DNA of 63,850 nt, counting the filler, from Raillietiella orientalis (lineage: Eukaryota), in assembly GCA_036172245.1 (NCBI GenBank). It is 3 parts of 3 records of this genome, joined end to end, with 100 filler letters (N's around TTAATTAATTAA, not from the genome) between each part and the next. Parts side by side here need not be neighbours in the genome. Positions count along the whole stretch, not along the records: positions 1 to 24,498 come from JAYWIR010000220.1; 2 more parts are not named here. The stretch is one strand, 5' to 3'. Shown in pieces: positions 12,491 through 23,351 of this stretch. The notes beneath the pieces were generated by a model that ran no database searches, was not told the origin of the DNA, and worked only from the letters and a program-made list of their open reading frames with translations. Numbering within the stretch: position 1 is the first letter of the stretch; each line of letters begins with the position of its first letter. A program made the translations under genes and the position numbers.

Positions 12491-15400
12491 TTAGGGGTTT
12501 CTCCTTTGTGCCTGGGAATACTCGTCCATCTTCATGAGGATGTAACGGTACGTCCAGGCGGCGATCCTCCCGCAGCTCCTGATCCCTATTTCCTTTCGAA
12601 CAAGGCCACTGAGAATGTCCCAAGCCGGCACTTGTCGTCGCTGTGTATACATCTAGGCCCTTCTTATCACAATGGCTGTGATGAAGAGGGCCAGCGTCGT
12701 CAAAACCATCGGATTGTACAGGGGAACCACTCCTGTGCCCTGAAACAATCCCCACAGGATCTGCATCGCAGTCTTCCTCTGCAGGCACGTCACCGCCTTT
12801 ACCGCCTTCCAGTCCGGACGCAGCGTGGGGCAGGTGAGTACGTGGAGTTGGGTTTCCTCTTCTCCGCAAGCCTTGCACAATCCATCTTGTTGTCTCCCGG
12901 TCCAGTGCCGCAATCTGGATCCACTCAGAATGCCTCCGTTGAAGAACAACAGGAGGTCGTCCTGAGTGTCCGGAGGTAGGTCGCTCCTCATCAGTGCAGC
13001 CCCGACGGCCAGCACATTGGCATGTGCTGGGCCGTAACGGCACGAGGCTGCGTTGAGGGCATCCAGGTCTTGGTGTTTTCGCGCCGTTTCCACCCTGATG
13101 TTATCTTTGGTCATCAGCAGCCACGACTCCTGCGGCTGCTCTTTCCAAAGTTCCCGGCTGCGATGATTGAAACTACCCCTCAAGGTCGTGGTCAGGCGAT
13201 GCAGTCGCAGTTGGTGCCGGCTGGCACTGGTAGCGAACTGCTCGCACCGTCGGATGTTCAATCTAGGCCTTTGGTTCAACCAGTTCACCGTCTCCCTTGG
13301 GATCGGGATCAAGTGAGGTATGACCATGGCCAGATCTTCGTCCCATATCTCGGAGCTGCGAGGCACGATTTTGAACCCTTGGGTTCTCACCAGTGCCTGC
13401 TTCCGCTTCCACGTAGGGTCGATGTTGATCCATTGTCCTGTGGCACCTATGAGCGCTGACATCAGGCCCCTCGAGCCGTTCAACAGCTTCGAGTACGCCC
13501 GGTGCGCTGCATAGGGCCAGTCTTCCCAACTTCTGGTGAGATCCAGGAGCTGCCGCGCATCCATGCATTCCACGGAGTGTTGCAGCAGCTTCATCCCGGA
13601 CCCACCGTGTTCGCGTGGGCGGCACAGAAGTTTCAGCCGTACCCTGGGTCTATACTCCCGCCAGAGGATCTTCCTTTGTAGCCTTTCCAGTTCTTCCTTC
13701 GTTTTCTTGTCCATTCGGCAGAAGGCTGCTCCGTAGAGAACCTTGGGAAGGAGAACTCCGTTCCACAAGGCAGCCCTCCGCTTCATGTTGAACTCGACTC
13801 TGGTGTACTTGGTGGCTTCGTCGGTGACCTTACCCAGGATCTCCTGCCACAGGCAGCGAGACGCGGTCTCTTCGCCGACGCGGATACCCAGGTACTTGAC
13901 GGTGTCAGCCGCTCGGAATCCGGCCTCTTGAAGTACTGAGAGGTCCATGATCCCGATTGGCAGCAGGTGGCTCTTCTGGGAGTTGATCTTGAGTCCTAGT
14001 CCATTTTCCATCTGCTTGAAAACACCTAGGAATGTTTCTTGATCACGTTCGTCCTCCAGGAAGAACAGCAGATCGTCCGCATACGGAAGGTGTGTCAGCT
14101 GCTGGCCGTCGATTTTGAATGCTTGTAGGCGGCTGCCCCGGTGTATGATCTTGGACACCGCCTCCATGGAGAGCACGAGCAGCATCGGTCTCAGGGCGTC
14201 ACCTTGGCGAACACCCCTTTCCATCCGAATTGCTTCAGTCTCCGGATTGCTCCGCCAGGGTCCATTCCAGGTAATGCATGAAGATGCTTGGGAAGCCCAG
14301 TTTCCTCAAGATCATCAGCAACATCGAGTGGTCCACGGTGTCGAACGCCTTCTCCATATCCGTGAGCCCAAGCACCAGGTCTTCGCCCACGTATCGGCAA
14401 TAAGCGATGGTGGCCAGGGCGCACTTCACGTTCGCAGTCATGCTTCGTCCGGGCACCGCGCATGTCCGCGTAGGAGACACGACGGATTGCATCGCCATGC
14501 TTAAGCGATTGGCCCACATCTTGGCCAGCCACTTGGCATCCGTGTTCAGGATGGTGATCGGCCGCCATTGGGTGACTTATATCAGGTCGCCTCCCTTCGG
14601 CAGCAGTTTCATCCTTCCCTCGTGGAACGATGCTGGGAGTGTTCCTTCTTCGTGGATGGCGTTTGTCAGTTCGTGGAACAAGCGAAGGTAGGCGTGCAGG
14701 TACCGCTGATAGTGCGAGATGGGAACACTATCGGGACCTGCCGCCACATCCTTGCGCAGTCCAGCGAAAGCGATCTTGATTTCCTCTGGCGAGATTTCTT
14801 CGTCTATCTTTTGGTGAGCCAGATTCTTTACTCGCGGAGGTAGGTACCTCAGGATGTTCTGTTGTTCCGTCGGGCACAGGCGTCGCTGCCGAAAGTGGGA
14901 GACGTAATGATGGTGGAACGTTTCCGCGATTCCCTCGGACGTGTGCCTGACTTTGTCTGCGTGCCGGATGGAGAGCACGTCGCTGGCGATGTTCCTCCTT
15001 TCCGGCACTCCAACTTTTCATTTGACCGTCTTGAAGACGTACTGGCTCTCGTACTGGGGCCAGTACTTCGAGAGCGAGCGATCTTGCTGCTGTTGCAGCT
15101 CGCGGTACGCTTCCGTCCTCATCTTCCTGTCGCCGTATTGCATATTACTGAACAGATGGATGGTTCGCTTCAACCTGTCCCAATCGGCGACCCTGCGAAT
15201 GGTAGTGTTTCGCAGGATCGCCTCGATCAAATGCTGGTGACAGGGATTCCTCTCGAACTATTCCGGCATTCATACTAATGCATCTGCGCGCCTTCTTTTC
15301 TTCGGGGGTTCTCTTTCTTCAGCGTGAATCGTAGCAGGGGATGATCCGAGAGTACCGATGGAGATTCCCGGAAGCCTTGCACACGATTCGCGATGTGTTC

Positions 15401-15974
15401 GTTGAAGAGGACGTTTTCGATCGGCTTGCTGCTGCCAACAGCCATTGCAGGCCGAACTCGTCCGACAGCTGCCGATAAGCCGTTCTTCCCTGTGCATCCT
15501 TGGACAGGTTGATGTCCAGCATGTTAAGGTCAGCCACAACGATCAAGATGTCCTTTGTCGAGGCTTTGCTGCGAAGGAGAGACTGCACGGCCTCCGCGTA
15601 GCGATTGTTTTTTCGTTTGGCGCGTACACGTTCAATAAGAACAGGTGAACGTTTCCGGACCAGGTCAACCTCACTCCGACGATTAGGCCTGGCCAAGGTG
15701 AAAAGGTTTTGAGGATGGTGTGTGCGATCTCGTTCTTCACGATGATTGCTATGCCTTTGGTGCTTTTCTGGGCCGGGCTCACGAACAGCTGGGCGTCCAG
15801 TCGTCGTTCCAGCTCCAGGATGGTCTGAAGTTTGAACTCGTGGGTTTCCTGAAGGCAGACGATGTGGTCACGCTCGAGGGTCCGCGTGACCATCCGTCTC
15901 TTCTCCGGGTTCCACAATCCATTCACATTCCAGGAGATGTTGATGCTCCTGACATTCGAAAGGAAGGTGGCCAT
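12491..15974 (-). pseudogene. Unit B ORF2: APE endonuclease + reverse transcriptase + C-terminal Zn finger
   Basis: ISWNVNGL, IVCLQETH, LLNVYAPN, DLN, SDH (APE); AAGPD, LLPKGGDL, WRPITILN, DMEKAFDTVDH, GVRQGDAL, YADD, VKYLGI (RT); CKACGEEETQLHVLTC; several frameshifts and a premature TAG at 12653. Confidence 0.95.
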
Positions 15975-15980
15975 AGGGGA

Positions 15981-17543
15981 CTAGTTGGAGGACCTGCTCT
16001 TCCTCTTGCTCTTCTTCTTCTTCGGAGACGTTGTCGTCCCCCCCTTTGCGTCTCGCTGATCTCCTACGTCGCTTTCTGTCCCGACGTAGTCGTTGCTGTC
16101 CGCGACAGAGTTCCTCGTTTCATTTAGGACATTTCGAGGGACTGCATAAGGCAGCTTATGAAGCTCCCCTCTGGCGAAGCGCTGTTTCACGTCCTGCATG
16201 CTTCCCTCCAATTGGAAACGTTTGGCCGCGTCTGGAACGCGCTCGTTGATGGAGGCCTCCACCCGGCTGATGCGTTGCAGAGCTTCTGACTTCGCTTCTC
16301 TGGTTACTGCTTCCTGCACGATTTTCGCGACTTCCTTGACTTCAGCTGTCACGTTGGCTACTTCCAGCAACTCTGCAGCTTGGAATTCCACCGCTTCCTT
16401 GGCTGGCTCGGCCTCTTCCGCCGGCGCTTCCACAGAAGGTTGTGGTGCTGTCTTTCTCTTCCCCTTTGCGGGCTTCTTTTTCCCTTCGGTGAGTTCTGCC
16501 ACCTTCCTGGCAGTAACCTCGTCCGAAGGAGCCACCTTCACCTTTTCTGCCTTCTTGTCGGGTTCGCTTGGAAGCGGAGGCAATCCTTGTGCATCTCTCC
16601 ATGCGGCGTATCGTCTGCATTCCTTCTTGGAATGGCCAGACAAGCCGCAGAAGTAGGACTTGATCTTCTGGTTGCACTCCCGGAAGAAGTGGCCTCGCTG
16701 GCCGCATCGGTGACATTCAGCCCTAGGGCATGCTCCGATGCGGTGCCCAAACGTCTTGCAGCCTGCGCAAAATACAGGTTGTTGCCTGTATTTGAACATC
16801 AGCGATTGCGAATACGCGTCGATGTAAGCCACGCCAGGCATCTGCGCATTTTCGTACAGGCGCATCTTGGCAAATCCTTCTCCGGAGAAGATCTCACCAA
16901 ACTGGTTCCGTATCTCCAGATGGTGGACTTCCCCGTACTGCGACAGGAAGTTCTTGATGACTTTCTTGCTGGTGTGAAAGTCAACCCCTTTCAGGTACAC
17001 TGTCGTCGGAGAGGTTTCTCCTACTCCACGGAATAGCTTCCCATTGATGGTCAATCCGTGATCGCAAAGTGCCTCGATGAGGGTATCGCACGACGTGTAA
17101 ATGGTGAAACCTTTCACACACGGAATCACGGCCTGAAGTACGTCCATAGCGACGTTTTTCTGATGAAGGGCGATGTAAATGTCCTTCACGTTTGCTAAAC
17201 GAAGGGGACCGCAGTTAAAAACTACCGGCTTGACATCTGCCGGCAGGACGAGTATAGGCTCATCCTCGTCGTCCAGGATGTACCTTGTTGGTTGGACAGG
17301 GATCCTCGGTTTTGCCGGAGGCACTCCCGGAAAACCGACCGATTTCACCGCCGCCGCATTCCAACCGCCAGGTGTCGCCGCCGCTGCTGCCGCCGCGTAC
17401 GACGCAGGGCGGATCGATACGTGCGTCGCAACGAGCGTTGCAGGGGACTCTGCTCCCGCGCACGCTGCGTTCGGCCCTACTGCCGATGTCGCCGCCAGCG
17501 CCTCTAGCGGCCTCGCACATGTGGAGACGTCCATTGCCTCCAT
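15981..17543 (-). CDS. Unit B ORF1: gag-like nucleic-acid-binding protein (Ala-rich N-term, RRM-like domain, 3 CCHC knuckles, charged helical region, basic tail)
   Basis: Uninterrupted frame (track ORF 15981..17588 from GTG; first ATG at 17543, matching unit A); third knuckle has C->S. Confidence 0.85.
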   Translation of the reverse strand: MEAMDVSTCARPLEALAATSAVGPNAACAGAESPATLVATHVSIRPASYAAAAAAATPGGWNAAAVKSVGFPGVPPAKPRIPVQPTRYILDDEDEPILVLPADVKPVVFNCGPLRLANVKDIYIALHQKNVAMDVLQAVIPCVKGFTIYTSCDTLIEALCDHGLTINGKLFRGVGETSPTTVYLKGVDFHTSKKVIKNFLSQYGEVHHLEIRNQFGEIFSGEGFAKMRLYENAQMPGVAYIDAYSQSLMFKYRQQPVFCAGCKTFGHRIGACPRAECHRCGQRGHFFRECNQKIKSYFCGLSGHSKKECRRYAAWRDAQGLPPLPSEPDKKAEKVKVAPSDEVTARKVAELTEGKKKPAKGKRKTAPQPSVEAPAEEAEPAKEAVEFQAAELLEVANVTAEVKEVAKIVQEAVTREAKSEALQRISRVEASINERVPDAAKRFQLEGSMQDVKQRFARGELHKLPYAVPRNVLNETRNSVADSNDYVGTESDVGDQRDAKGGTTTSPKKKKSKRKSRSSN

Positions 17544-17679
17544 TTTCCCCCACTGGGGCCGATCCCGTGGGGCAATGTCCTCCTCCACACTCTGGGTGAT
17601 GAGGCAAAGTCCACTGTCCCTTTATGCCACAAACTTTCCACAGAGCACAAGAAGAAATTACTTTCCTTGAAGAATTTCG

Positions 17680-17843
17680 CAGTAGTCCGCACGAACGCAG
17701 TCTCCCAGCCTAAAAATTATGCTTTCGAGTAACTCACGTTTGAGGATAGCGCAGAAATCAGCCCAACCGCAGTGCAGTGATCGAGCCTCACTCTGGAGGG
17801 ATCTCCATGGTGAGCAAGTTTGTCCCCAAGTCCGACAAGCGGT
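17680..17843 (-). ncRNA. U1: Variant U1 snRNA-like sequence, copy 2 (degenerate)
   Basis: Same length as copy 1 with 13 substitutions by hand count, including U1A loop ATTGCAC->ACTGCAC and SLIII/SLIV mismatches. Confidence 0.9.
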
Positions 17844-17851
17844 GGGGTGAT

Positions 17852-17857
17852 TTTATT
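17852..17857 (-). terminator. AATAAA signal at the 3' end of unit C
   Basis: Positionally conserved upstream of U1-like copy 2. Confidence 0.7.
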
Positions 17858-18000
17858 CAACAATACAAAAATCCTTACGCATTGAACATCAAGAGACACA
17901 TTCGAATTCGCAACTGAACACTGTTAATGTCTTTGGAGTTTCTTTCTTCTCCTGTTTCACCATTAAGTAACTCGTGTTCTATGGGGAATTAGTGGGCGGG

Positions 18001-21000
18001 TTAGTGGTTCGTGTTTTGTGACTGGGAATACTCGTGCATCTTCATGAGGATGTAACAGTACGTCCAGGCGTTGATGCTCCCGCAGCTCCTGATCCCGATT
18101 TCCATACGAACAAGGCCATTCAGGATGTCTCATGACGGCACTTGTCGTCGCTCTGTATACATCTTGTCCCTTCTTATCACAATGGCTGTGATGAAGAGGG
18201 CCAGCGTCGTCAAAACCATCGGATTGTACAGGGGAACCACTCCAGTCCCCTGAAACAGTCCCCACAGGATCTGCATCGCAGTATTCCTCTGCAGGCGCTT
18301 CACCGCCTTTACCGCCTTCCATCCGGAACCAGCGTGACGCAGGTGAACACGTGGAATTGAATTTCCTCTTCCACACACGCCATGCAGAATACATCCTGCT
18401 GTCTCCCGGTCCAGTTCGCTGTCTGGAACCACTCAGAATGCCTTTGTTGTAGAACAACAGGAGGTCGTCCTGGGTGTCCGGGGGAAGGTCCCTCCTCATC
18501 AGTGCAGCCCCCACGGTTAGAACATTAGCATGCGCTGGGATGTAGGGACAGGAGGCTGCGTTGAGGGCATTTAGGGCTTGATGTTTGCGCGCCGTTTCCA
18601 CGCTGATGTTATCTATGGGCATGAGCAACCACGACTCCTGCAAGTTTTCTTTCCAAAGTTCGCGGGTGCGATGTTGAAATAACCATTCAAGGTCGTGCTT
18701 AGGCGATGCAGTCGCAGTTGGTGGCGGCTGGCACTGGTAGCGAACTGCTCGCTCCGTCGGAGGTTCAATCTAGGCCCTTGGTTCAAAAAGTTCACCGTCT
18801 CCCTTGAGATCGGGATGTAGTGAAGTATCACCATCGCCAGTTCTTCATACCATATCTCGGAGCTGCGAAGGACGATTTTGAACCCTAGGGCTCTCACCAG
18901 TGCCCTCTTCCGTTTCCACGTAGGGTCGATGTTGATCCACTGTCCTGTGGCGCCTATGAGCGCTGACATCACGCCCCTCGAGCCGTTCAAGAGCTTGGAG
19001 TACGCCCTGTGCGCTGCATAGGGCAAGTCTTCCGAACTTCTGGTGAGATCCGGGTGCTGCTGCGCATGAATGCTTTCCACGGAGTGTTGGAGTAGCTTCA
19101 TTCCGGTCCCACCGTGCTCGCGTGGGTGTCAGAAGTTTCAGCCGTACCCTGCGTTTATACAGAGGATCTTTCTTTGTAGCCTTTCCAGTTCCTCCTTCGT
19201 CTTCTTGTCCATTCGGCAGAAGTTTGCTCCGTATAGAACCTTGGGAAGGAGAACTCGGTTCCACAAGGCAGCCCTGCGCTTCATGTTGAAGTCGACTCTG
19301 GTGTACTTGGTGGCTTCGTCGGTGACCTTACCCAGGATCTCCTGCCACAGGCAGCGAGACGCAGTCTCTTCGCCGAGGCGGATACCCAGGTACTTGACGG
19401 TGTCAGCCGCTCGGAATCCGGCCTCTTGAAGTACTGAGAGGTCCATGATCCCGATTGGCAGCAGGTGGCTCTTCTGGGAGTTGATCTTGAGTCCTAGTCC
19501 ATTTTCCATCTGCTTGAAAACACCTAGGAATGTTTCTTGATCACGTTCGTCCTCCAGGAAGAACAGCAGATCGTCCGCATACGGAAGGTGTGTCAGCTGC
19601 TGGCCGTCGATTTTGAATGCTTGTAGGCGGCTGCCCCGGTGTATGATCTTGGACACCGCCTCCATGGAGAGCACGAGCAGCATCGGTCTCAGGGCGTCAC
19701 CTTGGCGAACACCCCTTTCCATCCGAATTGCTTCAGTCTCCGGATTGCTCCGCCAGGGTCCATTCCAGGTAATGCATGAAGATGCTTGGGAAGCCCAGTT
19801 TCCTCAAGATCATCAGCAACATCGAGTGGTCCACGGTGTCGAACGCCTTCTCCATATCCGTGAGCCCAAGCACCAGGTCTTCGCCCACGTATCGGCAATA
19901 AGCGATGGTGGCCAGGGCGCACTTCACGTTCGCAGTCATGCTTCGTCCGGGCACCGCGCATGTCCGCGTAGGAGACACGACGGATTGCATCGCCATGCTT
20001 AAGCGATTGGCCCACATCTTGGCCAGCCACTTGGCATCCGTGTTCAGGATGGTGATCGGCCGCCATTGGGTGACTTATATCAGGTCGCCTCCCTTCGGCA
20101 GCAGTTTCATCCTTCCCTCGTGGAACGATGCTGGGAGTGTTCCTTCTTCGTGGATGGCGTTTGTCAGTTCGTGGAACAAGCGAAGGTAGGCGTGCAGGTA
20201 CCGCTGATAGTGCGAGATGGGAACACTATCGGGACCTGCCGCCACATCCTTGCGCAGTCCAGCGAAAGCGATCTTGATTTCCTCTGGCGAGATTTCTTCG
20301 TCTATCTTTTGGTGAGCCAGATTCTTTACTCGCGGAGGTAGGTACCTCAGGATGTTCTGTTGTTCCGTCGGGCACAGGCGTCGCTGCCGAAAGTGGGAGA
20401 CGTAATGATGGTGGAACGTTTCCGCGATTCCCTCGGACGTGTGCCTGACTTTGTCTGCGTGCCGGATGGAGAGCACGTCGCTGGCGATGTTCCTCCTTTC
20501 CGGCACTCCAACTTTTCATTTGACCGTCTTGAAGACGTACTGGCTCTCGTACTGGGGCCAGTACTTCGAGAGCGAGCGATCTTGCTGCTGTTGCAGCTCG
20601 CGGTACGCTTCCGTCCTCATCTTCCTGTCGCCGTATTGCATATTACTGAACAGATGGATTGTTCGCTTCAACCTGTCCCAGTCGGCGACCCTGCGAATGG
20701 TAGTGTTTCGCAGGATCGCCTCGATCAAATGCTGGTGACAGGGATTCCTCTCGAACTATTCCGGCATTCATACTAATGCATCTGCGCGCCTTCTTTTCTT
20801 CGGGGGTTCTCTTTCTTCAGCGTGAATCGTAGCAGGGGATGATCCGAGAGTACCGATGGAGATTCCCGGAAGCCTTGCACACGATTCGCGATGTGTTCGT
20901 TGAAGAGGACGTTTTCGATCGGCTTGCTGCTGCCAACAGCCATTGCAGGCCGAACTCGTCCGACAGCTGCCGATAAGCCGTTCTTCCCTGTGCATCCTTG

Positions 21001-21475
21001 GACAGGTTGATGTCCAGCATGTTAAGGTCAGCCACAACGATCAAGATGTCCTTTGTCGAGGCTTTGCTGCGAAGGAGAGACTGCACGGCCTCCGCGTAGC
21101 GATTGTTTTTTCGTTTGGCGCGTACACGTTCAATAAGAACAGGTGAACGTTTCCGGACCAGGTCAACCTCACTCCGACGATTAGGCCTGGCCAAGGTGAA
21201 AAGGTTTTGAGGATGGTGTGTGCGATCTCGTTCTTCACGATGATTGCTATGCCTTTGGTGCTTTTCTGGCCCGGGCTCACGAACAGTTGGGCGTCCAGTC
21301 GTCGTTCCAGCTCGAGGATGGTCCGATGTTCGAGCTCGTGGGTTTCCGGAAGGCAAACGATGTGGTGACGCTCGATGTTCCGCGTGACCATCCGTCTCTT
21401 CTCCGGGTTCCAGAATCCATTCACATTCCAGGAGGTGAGCTTGGTGCTCCTGACAGTCGACAGGAAGGTGGCCAT
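18001..21475 (-). pseudogene. Unit C ORF2 (APE-RT-Zn finger), disrupted
   Basis: LTSWNVNGF, IVCLPETH, VYAPN, YADD, VKYLGI; shares frameshifts with unit B and has extra lesions in the 3' third. Confidence 0.93.
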
Positions 21476-21481
21476 AGGGGA

Positions 21482-23044
21482 CCAGCTGGAAGATCTGCTC
21501 TTCCACTTGCTCTTCTTCTTCTTGGGTGACGTTGTCGTCCCTCCCTTTGCCTCTCGCTGATCTCCTACGTCGCTTTCTGACGGGTCGTATTCGGTGCAGT
21601 CGTCGACGGAGTTCCTCGTTTCTTTGGCGACGTTTTGCGGAGGTGCATGAGGCAGCTCTTCGTGCTCCGCGCTGGCGAAGCGTTGTTTGACTTCCGGCAT
21701 GCCTTCTTCCAATTGGAAACGTTTCGATGCGTCTGGAACGCGCTCATTGATGGAGGCCTCCATCCGGCTGATGCGTTCCAGATCTTCTACCTTGGCTTCT
21801 TTGGTTACTGCTTCCTGCACGATTTTCGCGACTTCCTTGACTTCAGCTGTCACGTTGGCTACTCCCGCCAACTCTGCAGCTTGGAATTTTACCGCTTCCT
21901 TGGCTGGCTCGGGCTCTTCCGCCGGCACTTCCACAGAAGGTTGTGGTGCTGTCTTTCTCTTCCCCTTTGTGGGCTTCTGTTTCCCTTCGGTGAGTTGTGC
22001 CGCCTTCCTGGTATTCACCTCGGCCGAAGGAGTCTTTTTCTCCTCTTCCGTTTGCACTTGCGGTTCCACCGTTAGTGGTGGCATCCCCTGTGCGTCCCTC
22101 CATGCGGCTTATCGCCTGCATTTCTTCTTCGAATGACCAGACAAGCCGCAGAAGTTGGACTTTATTGCCTGGTTGCACTCCTGGAGGAAGTGGCCCTGCT
22201 GGCCACAACGGTGGCACTGAGCTCGGGGTCACTGTCCTACGCGGTGTCCAAAAGCCTTGCACCCCACGCAGAAGATTGGTTGCTGCCTATGTTTTAGCAA
22301 GACTGATTGCGAATAGGCGTCTATATACGCCAGCCCCGGCATCTTGGCGTCTTCAAACAATCGCATTTTGGCCAAACCTTCCCCGGAGAAGATTTCGCCG
22401 TAATGATTGCGGATCTGCAGATGTTGGACTTCCCCGTATTGGGACAGGTATTCCTTAATGATCTTTTTGTGGGTGTTGAATTCGATGCTCTTGATGTACA
22501 CTGTAGTCGTGGACGTTTCTCCCACTCCACGGAACACCCGACCGTTAATAGGCAGTCCGTGTTTTGTCAGAGCCTCGATGAACGGATCACACGATGTGTA
22601 TATCGTGAATCCCGTCCCGTTTGGAATTACAGCCTTAATGACGTCAAAGTCAACGTTCTTCCGGTGAAGGGCGATACAAATGTCCTTCACGTTTGCGATT
22701 CGGAGTGGCCCAGTGTTGAATATTACAGGCTTCACCTCCGCATTTCTCTGTAGGATGGGTTCATCTTCGTCCCCGAGGACGTTTACTGTGGGTCTGACCG
22801 GGGTTGTCGGTTTTGCCGGAGGCACTCCCGGAAAATCGTCCGGTTTTGCCGCCGTTCCATTATAACGGCTAGGTGGCGCCGCCGCTGCTGCCGCTGCAGA
22901 CGACGCAGGGCGGATGGATACGAGCGTCGCCACGTGCGTTGCAGGGGATGCCGCTCCCGCGTACGCTACGTTCGGCCCTACCGACGATGTCGACGCCAGC
23001 ACTTCTACCTGCTTCGCAGGAACGGAGACGCCGATCGACTCAAT
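21482..23044 (-). pseudogene. Unit C ORF1, disrupted
   Basis: RRM and knuckles present; start codons changed to ATT/ATC, frameshift near 22230, stop TAG changed to TGG. Confidence 0.88.
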
Positions 23045-23182
23045 TTTTTCCCCACTGGAGGTATTCCCGCAAGGCAATGTCCTCCTCCGCTTACTGGGTT
23101 GTAGGGGAAAGTCTACGGTCCCTTTCTATCACACCACTTTCCACGCAGCACTCGAAAAAACCACTTTCTTTAAAGAATTTTG

Positions 23183-23346
23183 CAGGAGTCCGCGCGAACG
23201 CAGTCTCCCAGCCTAAAAATTATGCTTCCGAGTAACCCACGTTTGGGGTTATCGCAGAGGTCAGCCCAATCGCAGTGCAATGATCGAGCCTCACTCTGGA
23301 GGGATCTCCATGGTGACCAAGATTGTCCCCAAGTCCGACAAGCGGT
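23183..23346 (-). ncRNA. U1: Variant U1 snRNA-like sequence, copy 3 (identical to copy 1)
   Basis: Base-for-base match to 12172-12335 by manual comparison. Confidence 0.93.
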
Positions 23347-23351
23347 GGGGT

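Larger units (their letters stand above)
12341..17679 (-). mobile_element. Unit B: near full-length Tx1-like LINE (ORF1 open, ORF2 disrupted)
   Basis: 5' UTR, ORF1, ORF2, 3' UTR and AATAAA all present; flanked by U1-like copies 2 and 1 as direct repeats. Confidence 0.95.
17849..23182 (-). mobile_element. Unit C: near full-length Tx1-like LINE, defective
   Basis: Collinear with unit B at an offset of ~5498 bp; flanked by U1-like copies 3 and 2. Confidence 0.95.

Noticed and set aside
10363..12979. Long plus-strand ORFs (347, 248, 236 aa)
   Set aside because: Antisense shadows of the GC-rich minus-strand LINE ORFs; not kept open in the other units.
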